This document shows, one piece after another, positions 48,541 to 58,407 of a stretch of 64,000 nt of DNA (position 1 is the stretch's first letter; each line of letters starts with the position of its first letter). The stretch is from Methanonatronarchaeales archaeon. GTDB lineage: Archaea > Halobacteriota > Methanonatronarchaeia > JAANXF01. A model generated the notes under the pieces. That model was not told the DNA's origin. It did no database searches and saw nothing but the letters and a program-made list of their open reading frames with translations. The translations under genes were made by a program, and so were the position numbers. The stretch spans positions 1,264 through 65,263 of the forward strand of contig JAANXF010000013.1 of NCBI GenBank assembly GCA_018263395.1. Direction: 5' to 3'.

Positions 48541-48918
48541 ATGTCCAGGATAAACCTGTTCCTGATAGGTGGACGATGGCTCTTCAAACACTACCTCCGA
48601 GACGAGGTATTCGAAGAGCTCTCCCACTACTACGTCAGATCCAGGTACCGGTTCGAGGTGCCGGAGCAGGAACTCGCAGAGGTCAGGGACCTACTGGAAC
48701 GCGAAGGATACGAACCCGTCCTGATCCGGGACCCGGAACCCTTCTCCGTCACCAAACCGGCGTACACCGAAATGAAGGAAATCGTGAAGAAAAGCGTCCA
48801 CAAAGAGCCAAGGGGAAACCTCGTCCTGTTCGTAATGAAGGACGAAGCCTCGGTGGAGCAGGCCGAGTACCTGGGCGCGAAACGGGTGAGCGAAAAGGAG
48901 GAAACCGGTAACCTCTAG
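48541..48918 (+). CDS. Conserved hypothetical protein
   Basis: 125 aa, backbone-like codon usage; LFKHY, YRFEV, LFVMKD. Confidence 0.7.
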   Translation: MSRINLFLIGGRWLFKHYLRDEVFEELSHYYVRSRYRFEVPEQELAEVRDLLEREGYEPVLIRDPEPFSVTKPAYTEMKEIVKKSVHKEPRGNLVLFVMKDEASVEQAEYLGAKRVSEKEETGNL

Positions 48919-48945
48919 AAGGGCCACCGCTACCTGGGCCGCTCC

Positions 48946-49613
48946 TTATTCCAGTCCTCTCAGCTCTACGCCGACACCATTCTGTCCACAGACCCATTCC
49001 ATAGCCGGATCCGGAACATTGCAGAGGGCAACTGACCGGTCGACTTTGGACCCGTAGTGCCTCTTAAACATGTCTCTCCCGGCGACGACTTGGCCGAAAA
49101 CGGGGCGGTTGACTTTCCTTTTGGCCTCTATCAGCTCCACAAACCCTTCTTCAACCACCTCCTTGACCTCGGCCTCGCTCCTGAACGGCACAATGTCGTC
49201 CTCATCGTACCCGTTATTCTCAGGGCATCGATGTATCTTGGCCTGGAACCCGGCGGCCACGTCTCCGGGTCTCCTGAGCCACCTACAGGTACGTCAAGAA
49301 AAATTATCCCACCGACTTCCCGCCAGTAGTCATGGATGAGGCAGTCTTCAAGGGTGGAGGGCTCCCAATCCGTCTCCCTGTCCCTATCTGGCCGCGAGGT
49401 AGGCCTTAAAGGCAGAGAGCGACCGGGCACCTCCACTGCACCCCAGTCCTCGTCTTTCCTAGAAACGTCCCTCAACCATTTCGTCCTTGAATCGTTTGGA
49501 AGCGGGTTTCCGAGACCGCGCCCAACTTTCTCAATCGCGTCCTCGGCATCTTCGGCCTCAACCTCCCAGGCCACTTTCCAGACCTCCGGCTTCTCAACGA
49601 CGAACATCGGCAT
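48946..49613 (-). pseudogene. Frameshifted PD-(D/E)XK nuclease-like gene
   Basis: LED.LI..YW...RYIDA in one frame; ELIEAK...FGQ in the next. Confidence 0.6.
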
Positions 49614-49823
49614 GGAGAAGCCTCAATACGGGGAAAGGTCAAATTTTTGGCCCCGATGCAGCCCCCGCAGGGTGCCTCCCAGCACCTCAGGATGGTTATC
49701 TATCGATAAAGAGGCCCGTCTCCGGTTAACCTCGGTACCGTTGGCTAGCTGTACGAGGAGGACTGGTGCCGGGCCCGTGGCTTATTCCTCGGAAGCGAGA
49801 AGTTAGATGGCCTGAAGCTCTTT

Positions 49824-50240
49824 TTATATTAATCTCTCTCTGTAACGAACGTCCAGAAGTTCGCCCGCGCAATCGGGGCAGTGCAGAGCTATGTCGGTCG
49901 TCGACACGACGCCGACCGGTCTCTCGCCCTCCGTGACGGCTACGTGCTTAACTCCCTTGCTTCTGACAGTGTTGATAGCTTCACCCACGCTCTGAGAGGA
50001 CTCGATGGTGACGAGCACCTCCGTCACGTAGGAAGAGACGGTTTCCTCCCTCAAATCGCCGTCCCGGTAAACCAGGGCCTCCACTATGTCGTGCCTCGTG
50101 ATTATGCCCACCGGTCTATCTCCGTCAAAAACCAATAGGGACCCGACCCCGCTGTCGAGGAGTTTCTTCGCCCCCTCCACCAGCGAAGAGTCTACGGAGA
50201 TCCTCTCCACCGGGCTACTCATTATGCCTCTCACACTCAT
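49824..50240 (-). CDS. CBS-domain pair protein
   Basis: VRGIMSSPV, VGSLLV, PVGIITRHD, PVGVVSTTD. Confidence 0.88.
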   Translation of the reverse strand: MSVRGIMSSPVERISVDSSLVEGAKKLLDSGVGSLLVFDGDRPVGIITRHDIVEALVYRDGDLREETVSSYVTEVLVTIESSQSVGEAINTVRSKGVKHVAVTEGERPVGVVSTTDIALHCPDCAGELLDVRYRERLI

Positions 50241-50442
50241 CCTAAAACGAGATGTAGAGCGGTGTCCTTAATAAATGTTTGGAAAGGAATGGCCCTAACA
50301 CCGTATCCTAGGGATGTCGAGGCCTCATCCTACATATACGTAGCTGCAGAGGCTCCCGGGTGAAGCCACCCCCGCCAGTACTTTCGCTCCCCCGCCTCTC
50401 CACTTCCCGTTTAAGGTTCCTACCGGTCAAGGATTAACCGTC

Positions 50443-50688
50443 TTGCCCGAACGTGGATGCAGCTTCTGCGGCGAAGAGAAGGACGCGGTGAGGAGGATGT
50501 ACTTCGTGAGGCCCCCGCTTTTCGAGGGCAAAGAGGTGTACTGCTGCAACTGCACGCCGGAAAACGTGAAGAAGTGGTTGAAGAGGGAGGCCCCTCCCCT
50601 ATGCGAGACCTGTGGAGAGGTGGAGGCCGAGGTCTCGATCCGGGACGGAGCCGTCACCACGAGGTTCTGCCGCAGCTACGTCCCTTGA
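50443..50688 (+). CDS. Small zinc-binding protein
   Basis: CSFCG, CCNC, CETCG, FCRS. Confidence 0.55.
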   Translation: MPERGCSFCGEEKDAVRRMYFVRPPLFEGKEVYCCNCTPENVKKWLKREAPPLCETCGEVEAEVSIRDGAVTTRFCRSYVP

Positions 50689-50695
50689 ACCAGTC

Positions 50696-50935
50696 TCACC
50701 CTATACCGGGGGCGTAGTGCCACTCTGTCGCGATGAACAGCAGGGCAGCGAGCGGTGTGGCGAGGATGGGGCATGGACCGATGCCGAAGACCTCCATGAG
50801 GTGCCGCTGGAAAGGGTTGACCTCCGCCTGGAGCCTGTACGTCTTCACGATGTGTACCGTGGTCGCCACGTCTCCGAGCGACACGGCGACGAGGTAGGTC
50901 TCCAGGAGTTCCGGCAGTTGCTTCGGCAGCTTCAC
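50696..50935 (-). pseudogene. DUF5658-like membrane protein remnant
   Basis: GDVATT...EVNP motif; short. Confidence 0.35.
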
Positions 50936-51146
50936 GTCAAGAGAAGAAAAGGGGGTCGGGGTTGTACAGCCCTATCCGTTCTGCGTGTTTGGTGACGGTG
51001 TTGTAAATGCCGTTACCTTGGAGGCGGGTGGAAACGGTGTTGGAGAACGTGTAGAGGAGAAAAGATTTCTGGACAAAGCCTCTCCTTAGAGATTACACCG
51101 CAGGGACACAGGAGGTGGTTACAATGCACCACCCGTTTTATAGGGG

Positions 51147-52871
51147 GTGAGTTATAAGATGGGTTTGGTGCGTTTCACGATGCGAGGGGCCGGCGATGCA
51201 GATGGCCGCAAAGTTGCCCTGGTCGTTTTAGGGTTATTTTTATTGGCGGCTTTTTCGTGGGTAGGATACGTCTACTTCGTCGACGTCCAGAAACCCGCCA
51301 TCGGCGTTATAGAACTACGAGGGGTCATATGGGAGGGAAAGGCCGATCAGGTCGCCAGTACGGTCAACTATACCATGCAGAACGAGGATATCGAAGGGGT
51401 AGTGGTAGTCGTGGACTCCCCTGGAGGTGGGGTCTCTGCCATCGAACGGATACACGGAAGCTTACTCCGCCTCAAAGAGGAGAAACCCTTGGTGGCATCT
51501 GTCGAAGGATTAGCGGCCTCCGGTGGGTACTACAGCGCGGTTTCCTCGGATTACGTCTTTGCCCAGCCCTCCTCGTTTATAGGAAGCATAGGCGTCATAT
51601 CCACCGTTCCTCAGGGTGCGGAACCTGCGGAAGGGATCCTTGATACGGGGCCCTACAAATCGCAGGGCTTCCCTATATCTGAAACTCCTAAGACGACGGA
51701 GAAGGTCCTCGGAAACTTTCTTGACGCCGTCAAGGACGGGCGGGGGGAGCGCCTGAACGTCTCGGAAGAGAAGCTGAAACAGGGCTCTCTCCACCTCGCA
51801 CCCGAGGCCGAAAGGATGGGGTTAGTGGACGAAACCGGTTTCTCAAAAGACGCCGTAAAGAGGGCCGCCGACCTCGCGGGAGTGGATGACTACCGGGTAG
51901 TCTCGGTGAACAAGGCGGTGAAGCAACAGGAGTCAGGGGATGGTACCCCGCTGCGGAACGACTCCTCTGAACTGACGGAGTGGCCCCATATCACCGAGGA
52001 ACAGCTTCGAGAGATGGACCCCTCGTCCTACTTTTACTATCTATACGTTCCACCCGACCAGAATCCGCTGCAGGATACACCACCTGAACTGGTGCCACCA
52101 GGTGAAGACGAGGCAGCGAGCCCGATGCCGGCTCTTGAGGGAGAGGCACCGGAAAACGTGGCGCTGCTGGATATGGCCCACGGAAACAACTTCGAGCCGG
52201 AAGAGCTCCAGCCATTGATCAACAGGCTCGTCTCAAGGGGATTTGTAGTAAGGGCGTATAACGGAGGCGGTCTGGGCCCGAAACTGGATAAAGTGGACAG
52301 CTTCTTCGTAGCCAACACCGCGGAGGGCTTCACTAATGAGGAGGTCAACGCCGTAGACGCGTTCGTGAAGGAAGGGGGAAGACTTCTCATGGTAAACGAC
52401 CCAACGAGGTCTGGACCTACCGAGGTCAACGGCCTCGCGACGAATTTCAATGTCTCCTTCTCGTCGGGGTACCTCTACGACATGGAGGATAACTACGGAG
52501 TCTACAGAAACATCTACGTCACGGAGTTCCAGGGTTCGCTATCCGGGACCGGGCGTCTGATGCTCCCGACCGCCGCTCACGTAGAGGTCAACGCCAGTTC
52601 GGTAGACGCGGCCTTCACCGACACGGAGACCGTTCACTCAGCGACCCGGTCCCGGGGAGAGTACTCACCGGTGGTTCGGACCGGCGACGTGATGGCCATA
52701 GGTGACTGGTCATTCGCGACTTACCCGTGGCTGAACCTGGAGAACAACTCGGACCTCCTCGACGAGACTGCGGATTTCCTCGGCGAGCCACTCGAGCGCA
52801 CCTCCAACCGGACCGGACCCTCTCCTGTACACCCGTCTCTCAACGATTCGGCTCTCGATGGCGATCAATGA
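51147..52871 (+). CDS. S49 (SppA-like) peptidase fused to a C-terminal GATase-like (DUF4350/GldG-like) domain
   Basis: TM helix, DSPGG, AASGGYY, GSIGV, GPYK; then LLDMAHGN, FVKEGGRLL, IGD. Confidence 0.85.
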   Translation: MSYKMGLVRFTMRGAGDADGRKVALVVLGLFLLAAFSWVGYVYFVDVQKPAIGVIELRGVIWEGKADQVASTVNYTMQNEDIEGVVVVVDSPGGGVSAIERIHGSLLRLKEEKPLVASVEGLAASGGYYSAVSSDYVFAQPSSFIGSIGVISTVPQGAEPAEGILDTGPYKSQGFPISETPKTTEKVLGNFLDAVKDGRGERLNVSEEKLKQGSLHLAPEAERMGLVDETGFSKDAVKRAADLAGVDDYRVVSVNKAVKQQESGDGTPLRNDSSELTEWPHITEEQLREMDPSSYFYYLYVPPDQNPLQDTPPELVPPGEDEAASPMPALEGEAPENVALLDMAHGNNFEPEELQPLINRLVSRGFVVRAYNGGGLGPKLDKVDSFFVANTAEGFTNEEVNAVDAFVKEGGRLLMVNDPTRSGPTEVNGLATNFNVSFSSGYLYDMEDNYGVYRNIYVTEFQGSLSGTGRLMLPTAAHVEVNASSVDAAFTDTETVHSATRSRGEYSPVVRTGDVMAIGDWSFATYPWLNLENNSDLLDETADFLGEPLERTSNRTGPSPVHPSLNDSALDGDQ

Positions 52872-53289
52872 GGTTATTTCGAAGAGTTTTATAGCGGTTT
52901 TCCGTACAAAAAAAGCCCCCCCGAGCCACCTATACCCATATTACTCACGACGGGCGTTGTCGTTAGTCAAAGACGACGTCCTCACCTGGGGCATAACCAC
53001 TTCTGGAGTCCTATGTGGAGCCTTGTGACCCATTATTTCTCAAGAGGAGCATTGAACCGTTTATAGGTACGCCCGAGCCGGCATTAACCGATGAGAGGGT
53101 GACCACAGAACCACCCCGAACGGAGAAATGCATCCATATAGATGTGGAACTAGATAGAAATATTCCTAACAAGCTTCTATATGCGGTTCTACCACACATA
53201 ACTGATTAACTCCATTAGTTCCGGCGGGGCCTCTTCCCTCCTCGTTAAGCCGGTCAATCCATGGGGTCAGAACTCTTCTTCGCCCCCTT

Positions 53290-53556
53290 ATGGGTCAAAC
53301 CGCACCGAGCTACCGACAAACGGTCGAGGAGTTGTCGAGGGAGCTGAAGGACTTCCGTAACGGCCTCCGCGACCGAGACAGGGAGGCCTTCGACGAGCTG
53401 GTGGAGACAGCGAGGGAGTTCAGTCGACGCGGGGCACAACGGAGGCCTCCTCGACCCGGCGCAGGCCATACTGCTGTCCATGCTGATCGGAGTCGAGAGA
53501 CACGTGGAGATTTTGGAGGAGGGGTTTCACGATGGATGAACGCAACACTTAACTAA
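53290..53556 (+). pseudogene. Small helical conserved archaeal protein, apparently frameshifted
   Basis: MGQTAPSYR...FRNGLRDRDREAFDEL, then degenerate; PLDPAQAILLSML continues in another frame. Confidence 0.55.
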
Positions 53557-53758
53557 TTCCTCATACGGTATGCCGAGGGATATCACCAAAGTGCCGGACG
53601 ACCCCGGCCTTCGACCGTAAGCCGTGCTCCTCTTTTATACTCGTCGACTTTCTCCCACAGATCCTCCGGAAAGGAAAGGTTGGTCGGATGCATCCCGGAG
53701 AAACCTTCGTCTCAGTACCTTGGACTTGGATAACCTTGTACAGGGCTTGTACAAGATA

Positions 53759-53831
53759 GGCCGGGACCGAGAATCGAACCCGGGTCGCAGCCTCCACAGG
53801 GCTGTAGGATAACCACTACCCCACCCCGGCC
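53759..53831 (-). tRNA. tRNA-His (GTG) with encoded G-1
   Basis: G-GCCGGGG...CAGCC-CTGTGGA-GGCTG...GGTTCGATTC...TCCCGGC-C. Confidence 0.96.
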
Positions 53832-53956
53832 ACTTCGGTAGGGATTCCCCTTTCTCGTCGGCGGTAAAGAAGGTTGTGGAGTGAAACAGGTGCGTCGCCG
53901 GGGCCTCTACCGCGGAAGTGAAAGGATATGACGGCTCGGCGACACACTCTTGCGAC

Positions 53957-54670
53957 ATGGAGCTCGACGGCAGTACGGCGCTGGTTACCGGAGGTTCCCG
54001 GGGCGTGGGGAGGGCGACCTGTGTCGCTCTCGCGGAGCGGGGCTGTGACGTGGCGGTGAACGCGAGGAGGGACGGTGCGGGTGCGGAGGAGACCGCCTCG
54101 CTCTGCGGGGAGGAGGGAGTGGACGCCTCGGTGCACCTCTTCGACGTGTCTGACTTCGACGCGGTGGGGAGGGGCGTCGAGGAGGTGGAGCGGTCAGTGG
54201 GCCCCCTCGACGTACTGGTCAACAATGCGGGCGTGGCCTCCTTTCTGTCCCTGGAGGAGACCTCCGAGGAGGACTGGGACCGCTCAATCGCGGTGAACCT
54301 GAAGGGCTCGTTCAACCTGTGCAGACGCGTGCTTCCCGGCATGAAGGAGCGCAGGTCCGGACGAATCGTCAACGTCGCCTCGACGGCGACCAGGGGCTCG
54401 GTCTCGCCGGGGTACGCGGCGGCCAAGACGGGGTTGCTAGGGCTGACCAGGTTCCTCGCCCGGGAGGGCGTCCCGGAGATTCTCGTCAACGCCGTGTCGC
54501 CCGGCCCGACCCGGACCGAGATGACCGCCGGCCTCCACGAAGAGATGGCGGAGCACGTGCCGGCCGGGAGGATCGCGGAGCCGGGAGAAATCGCGTCAGC
54601 TATAGTCTTCGTGGCCGGACACGACTTCATCAGCGGGGAGAACCTGGTCGTCGGTGGAGGCCTGCGTTGA
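53957..54670 (+). CDS. SDR family oxidoreductase (FabG-like)
   Basis: TGGSRGVG, NNAG, YAAAK, PG. Confidence 0.92.
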   Translation: MELDGSTALVTGGSRGVGRATCVALAERGCDVAVNARRDGAGAEETASLCGEEGVDASVHLFDVSDFDAVGRGVEEVERSVGPLDVLVNNAGVASFLSLEETSEEDWDRSIAVNLKGSFNLCRRVLPGMKERRSGRIVNVASTATRGSVSPGYAAAKTGLLGLTRFLAREGVPEILVNAVSPGPTRTEMTAGLHEEMAEHVPAGRIAEPGEIASAIVFVAGHDFISGENLVVGGGLR

Positions 54671-54770
54671 TTCCTCCCTATCGGCGGTTTGATGCGTCGG
54701 CGGGAGGCGGGACATGCTCCGTGAAGCGTCCCGGGAAGAAATTAAGCCGCTGAAACTCCATCTATGCCCG

Positions 54771-55256
54771 ATGAGCGAGCTCGCAACTGAGGACAAACTC
54801 ATCCTGGACAGGCTCCAGTCCGATTTTCCACTCACGAGCAGGCCGTTCGACACGCTGGGCGAGGAGGTGGGCATCGAGGGCCCGGAGGTGCTGAGGCGCG
54901 TCAGGAACCTGAGTGAGGAGGGCTACATCCGGCGGCTCGCACCGGTCCTATCCTCCCGGAAAATAGGATACGGCGCCGCCGCACTCGTGGCCGTCCGCGT
55001 GGACGGGGACAGGATCGAGGAAACTGCAGACTTTATCTCCCGGTACAGCGGCGTAACGCACAACTACGAGCGAGCGGCACCGGGGTACAACCTCTGGTTC
55101 ACCCTGCACGCCCGAGACGGCGACGAACTGGAGAGGGTAATAGACGAGGTGAGGGAGAACACTCCAGCAGAGGAGGTTCTGCCGCTCCCCGCCACGAGGG
55201 TTTTCGGGATAGGGGTCAGATTCGACATAGAGGGGGGCGTGGATGACGACCGGTAG
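54771..55256 (+). CDS. ahbA: Siroheme decarboxylase alpha subunit
   Basis: LQSDFPLTSRPF, GVTHNYER, YNLWFT. Confidence 0.88.
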   Translation: MSELATEDKLILDRLQSDFPLTSRPFDTLGEEVGIEGPEVLRRVRNLSEEGYIRRLAPVLSSRKIGYGAAALVAVRVDGDRIEETADFISRYSGVTHNYERAAPGYNLWFTLHARDGDELERVIDEVRENTPAEEVLPLPATRVFGIGVRFDIEGGVDDDR

Positions 55257-55740
55257 CATGACCGATGGCGGCCTGTGCAGGGGGGACGAGGAACTTTTAA
55301 TGGAGGTTCAGGACGGCATACCCTTGGTGGAAGAACCCTGGAGGGAGGTCGGGGAACGCCTCGGGATGTCCGAGGGCGACGTTGTCGAGAGGCTGGAGAG
55401 ACTCATGGACGATGGCGTGATTCGGCGGATAGGTGCCTCCATCGTTCACCACTCCGTGGGGTACGAGTTCAACGCCATGGGGGTATGGAAGGTGCCGGAG
55501 GAGGAGGCCGAGGGGGTAGGGAAAAAGATGACGAGCTTCGACTTCGTGACCCACTGCTACGAGCGACCGGTTTTCCCCGGCAGGTGGGAGTACAACCTGT
55601 TCACGATGGTTCACGGCCGGTCGAGGGAGGAGTGCGAGGAGAAAATCGAGAAACTTGCCGAGGCGACCGGCGTGGAGGATTACGAAATGATTTACTCGAC
55701 CCGGGAGTTCAAGAAGACGGGAGTGAAGCTTCCGGAATGA
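55243..55740 (+). CDS. ahbB: Siroheme decarboxylase beta subunit
   Basis: QDGIPLVEEP, NAMGVW, VTHCYER, YNLFTMVH, STREFKK. Confidence 0.9.
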   Translation: MTTGSMTDGGLCRGDEELLMEVQDGIPLVEEPWREVGERLGMSEGDVVERLERLMDDGVIRRIGASIVHHSVGYEFNAMGVWKVPEEEAEGVGKKMTSFDFVTHCYERPVFPGRWEYNLFTMVHGRSREECEEKIEKLAEATGVEDYEMIYSTREFKKTGVKLPE

Positions 55741-56357
55741 TACCCCTGGTGCACGACCTGACCGGTAAAAAGGTCGTTATATTCGGTGGAGGCGACGTCG
55801 GTGAGCGCAAGGCCAGGTTCTTCGAGGGAGAGTGCGAAGTGGTCGTGGTGAGCAGGGACTTCAATGAGGGGCTGATGGACCTGGACGTCGAGCTCCTGAG
55901 GGGGGACGTCGAGGGGAGCTACGCGGAGCTCCTGGACGGCGCGTTCCTGGCGGTGCCGGCCACCTCGAACAGGGTCCTCAACGCCGAGATAGAGGTGGAG
56001 GCAGGGGCGAGGGGCGTCCTCGTCAACAGGGTCGACGGGCCCGGGGAGGTGATCGTCCCGAGCGTGGTCGACTTCGAAGACTTCGCGGTGTCGATAACGA
56101 CCTTCGGGGAGAGCCCCGCGACCTCCAAGTTCATAAGAGAGAGGATAGAGGAAATTCTGGGGGAGGAGTATCGGGGAATGGTAGAGATACAGAGGAGGGC
56201 GAGGGACTTACTGAAGGGGGAGGTCGAGGAGCAGATGGAGAGGGGCCGTGCCCTCGCCGAGGTGATGGAGGACGAGGAGGTCTGGTCACTCCTTAGGGAG
56301 GGGAGAACCGAAGACGCGTGGAGAAGGGGCAAGGAGGTTCTCAGGGTTGCCGTTTGA
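55737..56357 (+). CDS. sirC: Precorrin-2 dehydrogenase
   Basis: MIPL, FGGGDVGERK, VNRVD, TFGESP. Confidence 0.88.
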   Translation: MIPLVHDLTGKKVVIFGGGDVGERKARFFEGECEVVVVSRDFNEGLMDLDVELLRGDVEGSYAELLDGAFLAVPATSNRVLNAEIEVEAGARGVLVNRVDGPGEVIVPSVVDFEDFAVSITTFGESPATSKFIRERIEEILGEEYRGMVEIQRRARDLLKGEVEEQMERGRALAEVMEDEEVWSLLREGRTEDAWRRGKEVLRVAV

Positions 56358-57618
56358 GAGCGTACTCGGGTTGCACGTGACCCACAAGTGGTGCGAAGTG
56401 GACGAGCTGGAGGCAGCGTCAACCGGCGACACCGAGTCGGCGCTGTCCCACCTGATGGAGCACGACTCTGTGAGGGAGTGCGTCGTGATGGAGACGTGTA
56501 ACAGGGTGGAGATATACGTCTACGCGGAAGACAAGGAGGAGGGCAGGAAGGTCCTTCTGGACTTCGCGGAGCACAACATGGACCTGAACGTGGAGCGCTC
56601 GATACAGTTCACGAGCGGCGAGGAGGCTCTTCGACACCTGATGGAGGTCTCCTCCGGTATAGACTCCATGGTGGTAGGCGAGGACCAGATACTGGGCCAG
56701 GTCAGGGAGGCGTACGAGCTCGCGAAAAAGAGAGGCACCGTGCACAAGTTTCTGGACCTGGCGTTCACGAAGGCGATAAACGTCGGCAAGAAGGTGCGCA
56801 CCGAGACGGGTATAAACAGGGGGGCGGTATCCGTGGGAACGGTCAGCGTGGACATGGCCGAGGAGGTCCTGGGGAGCCTCGAGGGCCGGGACATACTCGT
56901 GATAGGGGCGGGCGAGATGGCGACCAGCGTCGTCAAGTGCCTCGCGGAGAAGGCGCCGGGAAGAATCACTGTCGCAAACAGGACCCTGTCGAGGGCCGAG
57001 GAGCTGGCCCGGCAGGCCGCCGGCAGTGGAGTGAAGTTCTCACGCTTCACGGAGTTCCTCCCCGATGCCGACCTCGTCATAAGCGCCACCGGGGCTCCCC
57101 ACCCGATAATAGAGAAGGAGGACCTGGAGGGCGTGGAGCGCACCTTGAAGCTGCTCATACTGGACATCTCCAACCCGAGGGACGTGTCCACGGACGTGGA
57201 GGAGCTGCCCGGCATAACCAGAATCGACCTGGACGGCCTGGAGGCCGTGACCACCGAGAACAGGAGGAGGCGCCGATCAGAGGCCAAGAAGGTGGAGGGA
57301 ATGATCGAGCAGGAGCTCGACCTCCTCCTCCGGGGGTTCGAGGAGAAACAGGTGGATAACCTCGTCGGGCACCTGCACATGAGGGCCGCCAGAATCAGAG
57401 AGAGGGAGCTGAAGAAGGCCCTTCAGCGACTCGGGGAAGAGGACGAGCTGAGCGACCGTCAGGTCCGCATAATCGACGACATGTCGAGATCCGTGCTGGG
57501 CAGCCTGCTGGCGGACCCCACGGGCGAAATCAAGAGAGCAGCGAGGGAGGATGACGAGGAGTTCCTGTCCGCCGTCAGGAGGATGTTCCGTCTGGAGCAG
57601 CCGGTGATCAGCAGATGA
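56347..57618 (+). CDS. hemA: Glutamyl-tRNA reductase
   Basis: TCNRVE, DSMVVGEDQILGQV, GAGEM, NRT, PRD. Confidence 0.96.
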   Translation: MPFESVLGLHVTHKWCEVDELEAASTGDTESALSHLMEHDSVRECVVMETCNRVEIYVYAEDKEEGRKVLLDFAEHNMDLNVERSIQFTSGEEALRHLMEVSSGIDSMVVGEDQILGQVREAYELAKKRGTVHKFLDLAFTKAINVGKKVRTETGINRGAVSVGTVSVDMAEEVLGSLEGRDILVIGAGEMATSVVKCLAEKAPGRITVANRTLSRAEELARQAAGSGVKFSRFTEFLPDADLVISATGAPHPIIEKEDLEGVERTLKLLILDISNPRDVSTDVEELPGITRIDLDGLEAVTTENRRRRRSEAKKVEGMIEQELDLLLRGFEEKQVDNLVGHLHMRAARIRERELKKALQRLGEEDELSDRQVRIIDDMSRSVLGSLLADPTGEIKRAAREDDEEFLSAVRRMFRLEQPVISR

Positions 57619-58373
57619 GGCTCGCTATCTTTCGGCCCGAGCGCCTCCTGCGGCGGTCGATCGATTACTGCGAGTCAAGGGGCTTCGAAGTCCTGGCAGC
57701 TCCCTCTATAGAGCTCTACCCGCGGAGCGATGCGATGAGGGAGTTCCTGTCGGAGGTCAGGGAGGGGGACCCGGATATCGTCGTGTTGACGAGCCAGAAC
57801 TCCATACGAATGCTTCGGGACGAGCTGGGCGACGAGGTGGTCGACGAGCTGAGGGGAAGGACGGTCGCGGCGATAGGTACGAAGACCCTGAGGTCCCTTG
57901 AGGAGAGGGACATCGAGGTGGACATCGTGCCGGAAACCTTCTCCTCGACCGGTCTGGTGGAGGCCCTGCGGCCTCACGAGGGTAGCTGCGTCCTGGTGGC
58001 GAGGAGCGACAGGGGCGACGAGCGTTTGCTCGAGGCCGGGGACTTCCTGGAATTGAGGGAGTTCAAGATTTACGAGGTCGGGCTTCCGAGGGACACCTCC
58101 CCGATACGGGAGGTCCAGGACCGCGCGGTTCGGGGCGAGGTGGACGCCTTCGCGTTCACGAGCACCATGACGGTCAGGAACTTTCTGAGGGTCGCGGATG
58201 AGGGCGGCAGGGTGGACGAGGTCAGGCGGGCACTCTCCGACTCGGTCGTGGCGGCGCTCGGCAGACCGACAGAGGAGACACTGGAGTCCCTCGGGGTGGA
58301 GGTGGACGTCGTTCCCGAGAGGTACACCTTCGAGGGCCTCGTGGACGCCATCGAGGGCCTGCCCGCCGCCTGA
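57615..58373 (+). CDS. hemD: Uroporphyrinogen-III synthase
   Basis: FRP, LTSQNS, AIGTKT, FTSTMTV. Confidence 0.88.
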   Translation: MRLAIFRPERLLRRSIDYCESRGFEVLAAPSIELYPRSDAMREFLSEVREGDPDIVVLTSQNSIRMLRDELGDEVVDELRGRTVAAIGTKTLRSLEERDIEVDIVPETFSSTGLVEALRPHEGSCVLVARSDRGDERLLEAGDFLELREFKIYEVGLPRDTSPIREVQDRAVRGEVDAFAFTSTMTVRNFLRVADEGGRVDEVRRALSDSVVAALGRPTEETLESLGVEVDVVPERYTFEGLVDAIEGLPAA

Positions 58374-58407
58374 AGATTTAACAAGGTTCGAGGGGGAGTC
58401 TCTTGTC

